Shown here: positions 40,211-49,683 of the stretch, piece after piece
Position numbering within the stretch: the first letter of the stretch is position 1
Layout: every line of letters starts with the position of its first letter
From: a virus
DNA length: 64,000 bases
IMG/VR virus record: IMGVR_UViG_3300009155_000044
Location: 56,074-120,073 of that record
Strand: one strand, 5' to 3'
Translations under genes and position numbers: made by a program
Notes under the pieces: model-generated
The model's database searches: none
Told to the model about the DNA's origin: nothing
What the model saw: the letters and a program-made list of their open reading frames with translations, nothing else

Positions 40211-41152
40211 ATGAAAATATCTATTATCGGTCCTGGATTTATGAGTATACCCCCAGTTGGTTGGGGCGCAGTTGAATCTTTAATTTGGGATTATACTGAG
40301 AATTTAAAAAAATATGGACACGATGTTCAAATAGTTAATACTTACAATCTTCAAGAAATTGTAGATTCAGTTAATTCTTTTGATCCTGATTTTGTGCATA
40401 TGCAATATGATGATTATGCATTTTTAATGCCATACATTCAATGCAAAAGAAAAGCATTGACTACTCACTACGCTTATACAGAACAATATGAAAAGCATCC
40501 TGAATATCATGGAATTCTACATGAAATTATTAATGGAAATTTTTATGTCTTTTGTTTATCTGAAAATATAAAAAATACATATTTAAAATTAGGCGTTGCA
40601 AATGATAGATTATTTATCACTCCAAATGGAGCAAGAGAAGATTTGTTTATATTTAAAGAAGAATGCGAACGCAAAGATAAATCTATTTATTTAGCTAAAA
40701 TAGATTATAGAAAACGCCAATTTTTATTTCAAAATATAAAATCTTTATATTTTGCTGGAAACTTATCTGACGATAGGTTTGATAGTAATAATATTAATTA
40801 TTTAGGAGAATGGAATAAAGATTTTCTTTATTCTAATTTAACAAACTATGCAAATTTAATATTACTTAGCGATGGAGAAGCTGATCCATTAGTTACTAAA
40901 GAGGCTTTAATGGCAGGATTAGGTTTAGTTATATCAGAATATTCTACAGCTAATTTAGATTTATCATTACCATTTATTGATGTAATATCTGAAAATAAAA
41001 TAAATGATATAGAGTATATTGAAAATATTATTAAAAGCAATAGAAAAAAATCAATTAAAATGAGAAAAGAAATAAAAAAATATGCTATTGATAATTTTAG
41101 TTGGAATATTATTATAAAAGAATATCTTAATTTAATTAATTTATTAAAATAA
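40211..41152 (+). CDS. GT4-like glycosyltransferase (paralog of 39221..40177)
   Basis: MKISIIGPGFMSIPPVGWGAVE; GEADPLVTKEALMAGL. Confidence 0.8.
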   Translation: MKISIIGPGFMSIPPVGWGAVESLIWDYTENLKKYGHDVQIVNTYNLQEIVDSVNSFDPDFVHMQYDDYAFLMPYIQCKRKALTTHYAYTEQYEKHPEYHGILHEIINGNFYVFCLSENIKNTYLKLGVANDRLFITPNGAREDLFIFKEECERKDKSIYLAKIDYRKRQFLFQNIKSLYFAGNLSDDRFDSNNINYLGEWNKDFLYSNLTNYANLILLSDGEADPLVTKEALMAGLGLVISEYSTANLDLSLPFIDVISENKINDIEYIENIIKSNRKKSIKMRKEIKKYAIDNFSWNIIIKEYLNLINLLK

Positions 41153-41153
41153 A

Positions 41154-42269
41154 ATGGAAATTCTCAAAGAAAAATATATAGGAAAAAAAATAGATCATAT
41201 GAATATTTTAAATATTGAAGAGGCAATAAAATTTTCTTCTGAAAAAAAGTCAATTATTGTTACTGGCGTAACTGGGCAGGATGGAAGTCACATGGTTGAT
41301 TATCTTTTAGCTAATACAGATTATGAAATTTTTGGATGCGTTCGTAGGCTTAGCGTCTATAACCATAAAAATATTTCTCACATCAATAATGAAAGATTTC
41401 ATTTAATTAATTTTGATCTTATCGACAGTCATTCTATTGCTAGAATTATTGAAAAAATTAAACCAGACTATTTTATTAACTTGGCTGCTCAAAGTTTTGT
41501 TGGTAGTAGTTGGGATTTTGCAAGACAAACATGGGAAACTAATTCTACTTCCACTTTGAATATTTTAGAATCAATAAGGCTCTATCATCCAACTTGTAGA
41601 TTTTATCAAGCTGGTTCTTCAGAAGAGTTTGGAGATGTATCGTACAGTCCTCAAGACGAACTTCATCCACTGCGCCCTAGAAGTCCATATGGAGCGTCTA
41701 AAACAGCTTCTAGGCAGCTAGTTAAGGTGTGGAGAGACTCTTATAATCTCTACGCAGTACAGGGGTGGCTATTCAATCACGAAGGCACTCGCAGGGGAGA
41801 AGAATTTGTAACTAGAAAAATTACAAAAGCGGTTACTCGTATCAAAAATGCTATTAATAATGAAGTGCCTTATAATATTCTTGAGCTTGGTAACTTAGAC
41901 GCTAAAAGAGACTGGAGTGATGCTGAAGATTTTGTAGAGGGAATTTGGCTCATGCTGAATCAAGAATCTCCCAAAGAGTATGTTTTATCATCTAATGAAA
42001 CGCACTCTATTAGAGAATTTGTTGAATTGGCATTTAAGGAAGTCGGAATTAGTGGGTATTGGCATGGAGAGGGAATCAATGAAAATTATATTGACAAAAA
42101 TAGCGGACGAGTATTAGTAGCAATTAATTCTAAATTTTATCGACCTGCCGAAGTTGAACTTCTTTGGGGAGATTCTACAAAAGCTCGCACAGAACTAAAC
42201 TGGATTCCAAAAACATCTTTTGAAAATCTAGTCAGCAAGATGGTATCAAATGACCTTGACGAACTTTAA
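41154..42269 (+). CDS. gmd: GDP-mannose 4,6-dehydratase
   Basis: TGVTGQDGSH, NLAAQSFV, QAGSSEEFG, PRSPYGASK, FNHE, FVTRKIT, LGNLDAKRDW, RPAEVELLWGD. Confidence 0.95.
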   Translation: MEILKEKYIGKKIDHMNILNIEEAIKFSSEKKSIIVTGVTGQDGSHMVDYLLANTDYEIFGCVRRLSVYNHKNISHINNERFHLINFDLIDSHSIARIIEKIKPDYFINLAAQSFVGSSWDFARQTWETNSTSTLNILESIRLYHPTCRFYQAGSSEEFGDVSYSPQDELHPLRPRSPYGASKTASRQLVKVWRDSYNLYAVQGWLFNHEGTRRGEEFVTRKITKAVTRIKNAINNEVPYNILELGNLDAKRDWSDAEDFVEGIWLMLNQESPKEYVLSSNETHSIREFVELAFKEVGISGYWHGEGINENYIDKNSGRVLVAINSKFYRPAEVELLWGDSTKARTELNWIPKTSFENLVSKMVSNDLDEL

Positions 42270-42283
42270 GACTGTTGTATAAT
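42256..42283 (+). promoter_or_regulatory. Promoter TTGACG-N16-TATAAT, 5 nt before ATG 42289
   Basis: ttgacg aactttaagactgttg tataat ggtga ATG. Confidence 0.7.
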
Positions 42284-42288
42284 GGTGA

Positions 42289-42663
42289 ATGCCTGCTAAA
42301 AAGACTAAGCCAAAATCTCAAAAAAAAGTCAACAAAAAGAAAATCCTCATAAGATTGGTGCTTATTCCCGCAAAGGATAAGCGCCTTTTTTATATGCGAG
42401 AAATGCACTTTTTGAATATTTTATGCGAGAGATATTCTGAAGAGTTCATGGAAGTTGCTTCTTTTGACAAGCAGTTTGATTCTTTAGCATATCTAGTTAG
42501 CGAAAAGCTTAAAGAGACGTTGGATCAAAAGTTCAGAGCTTTTAACTTTACCGTTGACACTTCAAGGTATGAGAGTTATGATCTAGGCGATAAGTGTGAT
42601 TCTGATGCATCTATCATTAATAAAACTAAAACCATCAAAGACTTCCTAAATGAGCAAAATTAA
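42289..42663 (+). CDS. Hypothetical protein
   Basis: 124 aa with basic N-terminus; heads the recA operon. Confidence 0.65.
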   Translation: MPAKKTKPKSQKKVNKKKILIRLVLIPAKDKRLFYMREMHFLNILCERYSEEFMEVASFDKQFDSLAYLVSEKLKETLDQKFRAFNFTVDTSRYESYDLGDKCDSDASIINKTKTIKDFLNEQN

Positions 42664-43792
42664 AGATAAAGATAAAGAAGTTGTAAAATCATCTGATGTT
42701 CTTGGATCATTCCTAAAACAAAATTCTGAAGATCACTATAATTTTGAAGAAGAAATTGACTATAAAGTTTCTAGCGGATCGCTTCAGTTAGATTTGCATT
42801 TAGATGGAGGATTAGGACCAGGACTACATAGATTTTGCGGTCCAAATGAAACTGGAAAAACATCGTGCGCTCTTTCATTCATGAAGGGATTCTTAGATAA
42901 TGGAGTTAATCGAAAAGGTTTTTACATCAAAGCTGAAGGTCGCCTATCTAAACAAATGAGAGAAAGATCAGGAATTAAATTTGTCTTCTCTGCTGAAGAA
43001 TGGGTTGATGGAACTTGTTTTGTATTTGAAACAAATATTTATGAAACTGCTGTTGATGCTATGCGTCAACTAGTTGGCAAAAATGATGAAAGTAAATTCT
43101 ACTTTTTCCTCCTAGACTCTGTTGATGGACTCATCTCTAAAGGAGATTTAGACAAGGGATTTGAAGATAGTAATAAAGTTGCTGGTGGAGCAGTGATTGC
43201 TGGCAACTTTATGAAGCGAATGTCAATCTCTCTATGCAAGAGAGGCCACTTAGCAATTTTCATTAGTCAAGTTCGAGCAGATATCAAACTTGATCCATAC
43301 TCTAAAGCTCCAGTACGCCAAACTTCTGCCACTGGCGGCAATGCACTACTTCACTTTGCAAATTGGATTCTTGAATTTGAACCAAGATTCAAGGGAGATC
43401 TTATTCTCAAAAACCCCAACATTGATAAAATTGATTTAATTAATAATCCAATCATTGGTCACTTTGCGAAAGCTACAGTGAAGAAGTCTCCCAATGAAAA
43501 GACAAACTTAACAATTCCATATCCTATTAAATATGGAAGAACTAATGGCAATTCAATTTGGATTGAAAAAGAAATCGTTGATATGCTTTATGCATGGGAG
43601 TTCATTTCTCGCAAAGGATCTTGGATTAACGTCTCAGACGAGTTTCGACAATTAGTGCTTGAAGAAACAGCTATCATAATTCCTGAAAAAATTCAAGGTG
43701 CTGATAATTTATTCTTTTTTATTGAAAATGATGCTAAACTTGCAGCTTTCTTAATTAAATATTTTAAGAAGCTCATCAATAATGAAGTTTAA
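42650..43792 (+). CDS. recA: RecA/UvsX-like recombinase
   Basis: SGSLQLD, GPNETGKT, FLLDSV, IFISQVR, TGGNALLHFA. Confidence 0.85.
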   Translation: MSKIKDKDKEVVKSSDVLGSFLKQNSEDHYNFEEEIDYKVSSGSLQLDLHLDGGLGPGLHRFCGPNETGKTSCALSFMKGFLDNGVNRKGFYIKAEGRLSKQMRERSGIKFVFSAEEWVDGTCFVFETNIYETAVDAMRQLVGKNDESKFYFFLLDSVDGLISKGDLDKGFEDSNKVAGGAVIAGNFMKRMSISLCKRGHLAIFISQVRADIKLDPYSKAPVRQTSATGGNALLHFANWILEFEPRFKGDLILKNPNIDKIDLINNPIIGHFAKATVKKSPNEKTNLTIPYPIKYGRTNGNSIWIEKEIVDMLYAWEFISRKGSWINVSDEFRQLVLEETAIIIPEKIQGADNLFFFIENDAKLAAFLIKYFKKLINNEV

Positions 43793-44189
43793 AAACATCA
43801 ATGGCAATCCATCATTTTTAAAAAATTCCAAGAAGTATCTCATTGATTGGGAAGTTGATAGCCGTAGCAAATTCCAAACAACTGTTAAAAACTTTTTAAA
43901 ACTTTATTGGCAAAATGATAGAGTTTTTGAAGAAATGCGCGTTGTTGGAACAGCTTTATCTTTAGACTTCTACAATTACAATAAAAAAGTTGCTGTTGAA
44001 GTTCAAGGTTTGCAGCATACTCAATATGTTAAATTCTTTCATAGAAATAAACTTCAATATTTAAAACAATTAAAAAGAGATGACAAAAAGTTAAAGTTTT
44101 GCGAAGTAAATGAAATAATTTTAATAGAAATTTACCCCAAAGATGTTCTCAATAAAGAGTTATTTTTGAATTTTGGAGTAGAACTATAA
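43782..44189 (+). CDS. DUF559/Vsr-like PD-(D/E)XK endonuclease
   Basis: LSLDFY...VAVEVQGLQH...RDDKKLKFC. Confidence 0.7.
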   Translation: MKFKNINGNPSFLKNSKKYLIDWEVDSRSKFQTTVKNFLKLYWQNDRVFEEMRVVGTALSLDFYNYNKKVAVEVQGLQHTQYVKFFHRNKLQYLKQLKRDDKKLKFCEVNEIILIEIYPKDVLNKELFLNFGVEL

Positions 44190-44197
44190 ATCAATCA

Positions 44198-44226
44198 TTG
44201 ACAAAATCAATAGTCTCTCGTATACA
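44198..44226 (+). promoter_or_regulatory. Promoter TTGACA-N17-TATACA, 5 nt before dnaB ATG
   Basis: ttgaca aaatcaatagtctctcg tataca catat ATG. Confidence 0.65.
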
Positions 44227-44231
44227 CATAT

Positions 44232-46826
44232 ATGATCTACGATTATGAATTAGAAAAACAATTACTTGCAGCTTTAATCAAAGAGCCAGATGATTATTGT
44301 GAGATTTCTAATTTTATCAACTCTAGAGATTTTTATTCTGAGAATACTAATTTACACTCTTCAATCTTTTCAATCATCAAACAAGCTATTGATAAGAGCG
44401 AAGGAATTGACGAGGTTATTATTGCTCAGAGAGTAAATTCTCTAGGATTATCTTTTGAGGATAATGTTAATCCATCTGATTATATTAGATCTTTAGGAAT
44501 GCGAAAAGTTCCCAAAGGAAACCTAATTAAAACAGCCAGGGAGTTAAAAAAATACACAGTACGTAGAGAAATCTACGAGTCTGCTCGCGAAGTCGCCAAG
44601 AAAATGAAGGGCATTAGTCCTGATTCAACTTACACAGACATCATTTCTCAAGCAGATCAAATCTATAATTCTCGTATTAATTTATATGAATTAGGAAATG
44701 ATACTCCAGAAAATATTTACGAAGAGATGGAAGCTCTCGTTGAGGAGAGGGGAAACAATCCCGTTGTGGAATTCGGCATGATGGGTCCACATAAAAAAGT
44801 AAATCAAATCTACGGATCTCTTCTTCGCCCTGGCAATATCACTGTGATTGTTGCTAGAAGTGGCGTTGGTAAAATGAATCCATTATATACTAAAGTCTTA
44901 ACTCCAAATGGATTCGTTGAGATGAGAGATATTTTAGTTGGATCTGAAATTGTATGTCCAAATGGCAAAACTTCAAAAGTCCTTAAAACATTCGATCATC
45001 AACAAAAAGATATCTATCGCGTTACTTTTGAAGACGGAAGATTCTCCGATTGTGGTTTAGATCACTTGTGGAAAATTTATACAAGAAATAATAAAGGATT
45101 ATATCATTGGGAAGTATCTGATACTCAAAAGATAATTAATGACCTATCTCAAAAAAGTAAAAAAGTATTTATTCCATTAGTATCTGAAATCAATTCTATA
45201 GATAAGGAGTTTCTCTTAGATCCATATATTGTGGGAGCTTTAATTGGCGATGGCTGTTTGAGAGATGGTTTTGTTATAGAATCAGCTGATAGTTTTATTC
45301 CTAATAAAATTGAAAAGCTTTTAAAAGAAGACTGCGAAGTTTCAATTAGAGAAAGCTCGAAAAGCCAGTCTAAAACTTATAGATTTTTTACTTCAAAAGG
45401 GGGATCTTTTAAAAATCCACTCATAGAGCATTTAAAAGATTTAAATCTTTATGGTAAATTATCTTATGATAAATTTATTCCAGAAGAGTATTTCTACGGA
45501 TCTTTTAATCAGCGTTTAGATCTTCTGCAAGGTTTAATGGATACAGATGGAACTTTGAGCAAAAGCAGGGGAAGAAATGGAGATTCATGTAGCTATGGAG
45601 GATTAAGCTACTCTACATCTAGCAAACAATTATCAACAGATATCCAGCGCTTGATCTGGAGTCTCGGAGGAAAAGCTAAAATCTCCGAAAGAATTTCAAC
45701 ATATAAAAATAAAGATGGAGAAAAAGTCAATGGAGCTATTTCTTATAGTGTTAGAATTAGAATGCCAAATCCAAAAGATGCATTTTCTCTTCCAAGAAAG
45801 AAAGATTTGGCTCTAAGTAAAGAAAATTATCAATACTCTAATCTAAAACTAAGAATATCTAATATCGAAAAATTAGAAAATAAAGAAGATTGCCGCTGTA
45901 TTGAAATTGAGGATGGCGAACATTTATATATTATCGATGAGTTTATTGTTACTCATAATACTCAATTTTGCATGGATTACAGTACCAAGGTTGCTGTTAA
46001 ATATAGCATTCCAGTATTGCACTTCGACAATGGAGAAATGAGCAAAGAAGAACTCATTATGCGGCAATGTGCTGCACTCTCTGGAGTTCCCATGCATTTG
46101 ATTGAAACTGGCAACTGGCGCAAAGCTGGACAAGAAGTGGTTGATAAAATTAGATCAGTCTGGAGCCAAGTTAAAAATCTCCAGTTCTACTACTACAATG
46201 TTGGTGGCATGGATGTTGATAGTATGATTAAAACTCTCAAGCGTTTTTATTATGGAAAAGTTGGTCGAGGCAATAGAATGATCTTCTCGTTTGACTATAT
46301 TAAAACTACTTCCGAATCTGGAGGAGGAAAGAATGAGTGGCAAGTTGTTGGTGAGATGGTGGATAAATTTAAAAAGTGCGTTCAAAAGGAAATCTTGTAT
46401 GATGGAAATCCCATCATTCCCATGATCACTTCAGTTCAATCTAACAGAAGTGGAATTACAAACAACCGAAACTCCTCTAATGTTATTGATGATGAAAGTG
46501 TAGTTTCTCTTTCTGATCGAATTACTCAGTTTTGCTCTCACATGTTTATTCTTAGAAACAAAACTGCTGATGAAATTGAATCTGAAGGTCGTAATTTTGG
46601 AACTCATAAACTCATCAACGTTAAAGCTAGACATCTTGGTCAAGATATTGCTGGAGCAGTTGAGCCTATTAGAATTGGAGATGCTCTTAGAAAAAATTTC
46701 ATCAATTTAGATTTCAAAAACTTCTCCATTAGCGAGCGAGGTGATCTTCGTGATATTGCTAATTCAATGGATACAAATGGAGAATTAGAAACCGATGAAG
46801 ACGATGACCTGCCAAGTTTCCGTTGA
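44232..46826 (+). CDS. dnaB: Replicative DNA helicase with intein
   Basis: ARSGVGK|T Walker A split by intein; FDNGEMS, FDYIK, SVQSNR, SDRITQF, KAR. Confidence 0.92.
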   Translation: MIYDYELEKQLLAALIKEPDDYCEISNFINSRDFYSENTNLHSSIFSIIKQAIDKSEGIDEVIIAQRVNSLGLSFEDNVNPSDYIRSLGMRKVPKGNLIKTARELKKYTVRREIYESAREVAKKMKGISPDSTYTDIISQADQIYNSRINLYELGNDTPENIYEEMEALVEERGNNPVVEFGMMGPHKKVNQIYGSLLRPGNITVIVARSGVGKMNPLYTKVLTPNGFVEMRDILVGSEIVCPNGKTSKVLKTFDHQQKDIYRVTFEDGRFSDCGLDHLWKIYTRNNKGLYHWEVSDTQKIINDLSQKSKKVFIPLVSEINSIDKEFLLDPYIVGALIGDGCLRDGFVIESADSFIPNKIEKLLKEDCEVSIRESSKSQSKTYRFFTSKGGSFKNPLIEHLKDLNLYGKLSYDKFIPEEYFYGSFNQRLDLLQGLMDTDGTLSKSRGRNGDSCSYGGLSYSTSSKQLSTDIQRLIWSLGGKAKISERISTYKNKDGEKVNGAISYSVRIRMPNPKDAFSLPRKKDLALSKENYQYSNLKLRISNIEKLENKEDCRCIEIEDGEHLYIIDEFIVTHNTQFCMDYSTKVAVKYSIPVLHFDNGEMSKEELIMRQCAALSGVPMHLIETGNWRKAGQEVVDKIRSVWSQVKNLQFYYYNVGGMDVDSMIKTLKRFYYGKVGRGNRMIFSFDYIKTTSESGGGKNEWQVVGEMVDKFKKCVQKEILYDGNPIIPMITSVQSNRSGITNNRNSSNVIDDESVVSLSDRITQFCSHMFILRNKTADEIESEGRNFGTHKLINVKARHLGQDIAGAVEPIRIGDALRKNFINLDFKNFSISERGDLRDIANSMDTNGELETDEDDDLPSFR
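44874..45959 (+). mobile_element. Intein with LAGLIDADG endonuclease in DnaB P-loop (362 aa; Met1, WCT class-3 signature)
   Basis: Starts MNPLYTKVLTPNG; block B CGLDHLW; block F CRCIEI; ends VTHN|T; YIVGALIGDG and LLQGLMDTDG. Confidence 0.9.
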
Positions 46827-47868
46827 TCCCAATCAAATCAAAAACACTCTAGAATCTGTTGGTTACAAGCTAATGGATTTTGGAAATCACTGGAGAACCA
46901 GCGCTCTATATAGAGGAGGAGATAATTCTACTTCTATTAGAATCTATAAAAATACTGGAGTGTGGACAGATTTTGTATCTGGTTCTCAATCTTTTCCACT
47001 AGAAAAACTATTGCAATTAACAGTCTGTGGAGATAAAAAAAAACTCAACAAGATTCTTGATTCTTTAAATAAATCAGAAGACTTTTTTTATGAGCCTAAA
47101 CAATTAATCGAAATGGAACGAATCTACCCAGACTCAATATTAGAGAAACTATTTCCTAATTATTCTTTTTATACTAAGAAGAATTATAAAGAATCAACTC
47201 TCAAATTTTATAAAACTGGATTTGCTGGTGAAGGTAAAATGTATCGCCGCATGGTGTTTCCAATTTATAATGATAACTCTCAAATCATTGGATTTAGCGG
47301 TAGAAAAATTGATGTTGCTGATAAGATTCCCAAATGGAAGCATTTAGGTCAGAGAAAAAATTGGATTTATCCAGCACATATTCCCGCAGCTAAAACAGTA
47401 GATTCTTGGATAAAGGAAAAAGAAGAAGTGATCTTAGTAGAGAGTATTGGAGATAGCATGGCTCTTTACGAAAACAATATTACCAATAACCTTGTAACTT
47501 TTGGACTAGGAGTGAGTTCCGCAATTATTAGTTATTTAAACTCTTTCCAACTAAAGAAAATAATTATATCCACAAACAATGACTTTGAATCTTCAATTAA
47601 TCATGGATACAATGGAGCAATTAAAATTTTACTTTCTTTGATCAAATATTTTAACTTTGATCAGATTGAAATTCGCCTTCCTCCAAAACCATATAATGAT
47701 TTTTCAGATGCTCATCAAGACAAGTATAATTTACAATCTTGGCGTAAACAAGAAATAGATCGTAAAAAGTATATTGAGAATTTAAAATACTACATTCACA
47801 ATAATAAAACAGTCTTTAAGCAAAAAGATGTAGAGTCTTTGATGAAAATTTTTAAAAATTATGACTGA
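46795..47868 (+). CDS. DnaG-type primase (start may be 46804)
   Basis: RMVFPI, IIGFSGR, KWKH, TOPRIM LVESIGD, NND, YNDFSD. Confidence 0.8.
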   Translation: MKTMTCQVSVDPNQIKNTLESVGYKLMDFGNHWRTSALYRGGDNSTSIRIYKNTGVWTDFVSGSQSFPLEKLLQLTVCGDKKKLNKILDSLNKSEDFFYEPKQLIEMERIYPDSILEKLFPNYSFYTKKNYKESTLKFYKTGFAGEGKMYRRMVFPIYNDNSQIIGFSGRKIDVADKIPKWKHLGQRKNWIYPAHIPAAKTVDSWIKEKEEVILVESIGDSMALYENNITNNLVTFGLGVSSAIISYLNSFQLKKIIISTNNDFESSINHGYNGAIKILLSLIKYFNFDQIEIRLPPKPYNDFSDAHQDKYNLQSWRKQEIDRKKYIENLKYYIHNNKTVFKQKDVESLMKIFKNYD

Positions 47869-48901
47869 ACCTAAAACTACATTATCTGCAAGTAGAATCA
47901 AAACTCTTCAAAGTTGTAGCTGGTTATATTGGTGTAAGTATAAATTAAATCTTCCAGATAAAGGAAACGATGGCAGTTCTCGCGGAACTGTTTGTCACTT
48001 CATTTTTGAGCTACTGGGCAAATCAAGAAGAGAAAAGATTCATCAATATATTATAGATAATAATGATCCATTTTCTCATGGCGCAATCAAACGATTAGTA
48101 TTAAAACATGCTTTAAAATTACAAGTTGCTGATGAGGAAAATTTAGAGTCTATCAGAATCATGATTTTGAATGGACTCAAGTATGATTTCTACGGCAGAG
48201 CTAATGGATTGATTTCAGAATCTTTTTCAGAGAAAGACTTTGAAATTGTTCGTCAAGATGACAAAGCTGGAATCTCTTATAAGATCAAAGGATTTATTGA
48301 TAAATTGTTTTTATATAAAAATGAAAACTTAGCAATTATTCGCGACTTTAAAAGTAGCAAAGAGAAGTTCAAAGGAAAAGAAATCTCTGATAACTTGCAG
48401 GATTACATGTATAACCTTGCAGTTCGCCACATGTTTCCAGAATTCAAAAAGAGAGTTAGTGAATTCTTATTTTTAAAGTTTGAGCTAGATCAAAAGCTAT
48501 TGCAAAAATCTGATGGAGCAGTAGTTATGGATAGAATCAATGAAGATGATTTGGATGGATTCGAGCATCAGCTAACCTCAATTCAAAAATACATAGATGA
48601 ACTTTCAGAAATTGATGCTAAGTCTAATTTTGCTAAAAATTCTCCATTTCCCACAGACAAGTCTTTTAGTGGTCCGCTCCAATGTGGATTTGCTAAATAC
48701 AAAGGAGAATTAAAAAAAGATGGAAATCCCAAGTGGGCTTGTTCTATGAAGTTTGATTTCTATTATTATGTCATTTTAAAAGATGGAAAAGTTACTAAAT
48801 CATTTTTGGAAGAAGACTTTAGTGAATCTCTAGTGGAGAGCGACCATTCTTTTGAGAAGAGATACTACGCAGGTTGTCCCGCGCATCTAAAACACTCTTG
48901 A
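47861..48901 (+). CDS. PD-(D/E)XK (RecB/AddB/Cas4-like) exonuclease
   Basis: LSASRIKT...C, GTVCH, IKGFIDKL, IRDFKSSK, QDYMY; scattered Cys possibly binding Fe-S. Confidence 0.8.
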   Translation: MTEPKTTLSASRIKTLQSCSWLYWCKYKLNLPDKGNDGSSRGTVCHFIFELLGKSRREKIHQYIIDNNDPFSHGAIKRLVLKHALKLQVADEENLESIRIMILNGLKYDFYGRANGLISESFSEKDFEIVRQDDKAGISYKIKGFIDKLFLYKNENLAIIRDFKSSKEKFKGKEISDNLQDYMYNLAVRHMFPEFKKRVSEFLFLKFELDQKLLQKSDGAVVMDRINEDDLDGFEHQLTSIQKYIDELSEIDAKSNFAKNSPFPTDKSFSGPLQCGFAKYKGELKKDGNPKWACSMKFDFYYYVILKDGKVTKSFLEEDFSESLVESDHSFEKRYYAGCPAHLKHS

Positions 48902-48925
48902 CTTGTTCCGAAGTTGTGCTATCAT
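48898..48925 (+). promoter_or_regulatory. Promoter TTGACT-N16-TATCAT (extended TG), 5 nt before ATG 48931
   Basis: ttgact tgttccgaagttgtgc tatcat agaag ATG. Confidence 0.65.
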
Positions 48926-48930
48926 AGAAG

Positions 48931-49683
48931 ATGCTCGCTCTCTTCAAATCCAGTTGTTCTATTGGACGCAGTATCCTAACTCTAAATGATCCTAATAATT
49001 GTCATGAGAATGGACCAGATAGCATTTTCTCCATTGCTGTTGAGAATGATTTAAAAACAGTTACTCTTGTGGAAGATTCCATGGTTGGATTTTTCGATGC
49101 ATTTAGAATCAGTCAAGCTCTTGGAATTCAATTGATTTTTGGATTACGATTCTCCTGCTGCGATCAGCTTGATAGTCTAACATCTAATCATAAATTAATT
49201 GCATTTGCTAAAAATGATCAAGGATGTAAAGACTTGTACAGTCTCTACTCTAAAATTTATGTTGATTTTAATGGCAAAATTACTCATGAGCAATTGCAAT
49301 TAGCATGGACTGATAACTTAAAATTAGCTGTTCCATTCTATGATTCATTCATTCATCAGAATAATTTTTACTTTCAAAGCTGCATTCAAGAGTTTGGAAA
49401 TATTAAGCCAGTCTTTTTTATAGAGTCTAATAATCTTCCATTCGATGATGCTCTGGAAAGAGAAGTTTTAAAATTTACTGAAAACGGCAAAAAGTTTGAA
49501 GTGCAAAAAACTAAATCTATTTATTATAAAGATAAGTGCGATGTAGAAGCTTTTCAAACTTATAAAATTATTTGTAATCGAACCTTTGGTCGCCAAGCTA
49601 CACTGTCCTCTCCTAATCTAAATCACTTCGGAAGTGATGAGTTTTGTTGGGAATCTTATCTAGAACAAACTAATGAACGATAA
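48931..49683 (+). CDS. Stand-alone PHP domain of DNA polymerase III alpha
   Basis: FKSSCSIGRSIL, LVEDSMVGF, LIFGLRF, KLIAFAKNDQGCKDL. Confidence 0.75.
   Translation: MLALFKSSCSIGRSILTLNDPNNCHENGPDSIFSIAVENDLKTVTLVEDSMVGFFDAFRISQALGIQLIFGLRFSCCDQLDSLTSNHKLIAFAKNDQGCKDLYSLYSKIYVDFNGKITHEQLQLAWTDNLKLAVPFYDSFIHQNNFYFQSCIQEFGNIKPVFFIESNNLPFDDALEREVLKFTENGKKFEVQKTKSIYYKDKCDVEAFQTYKIICNRTFGRQATLSSPNLNHFGSDEFCWESYLEQTNER

Noticed and set aside
47861-48901. Cas4 of a CRISPR system
   Set aside because: No cas1/cas2 or array; replication-module context fits a phage exonuclease.
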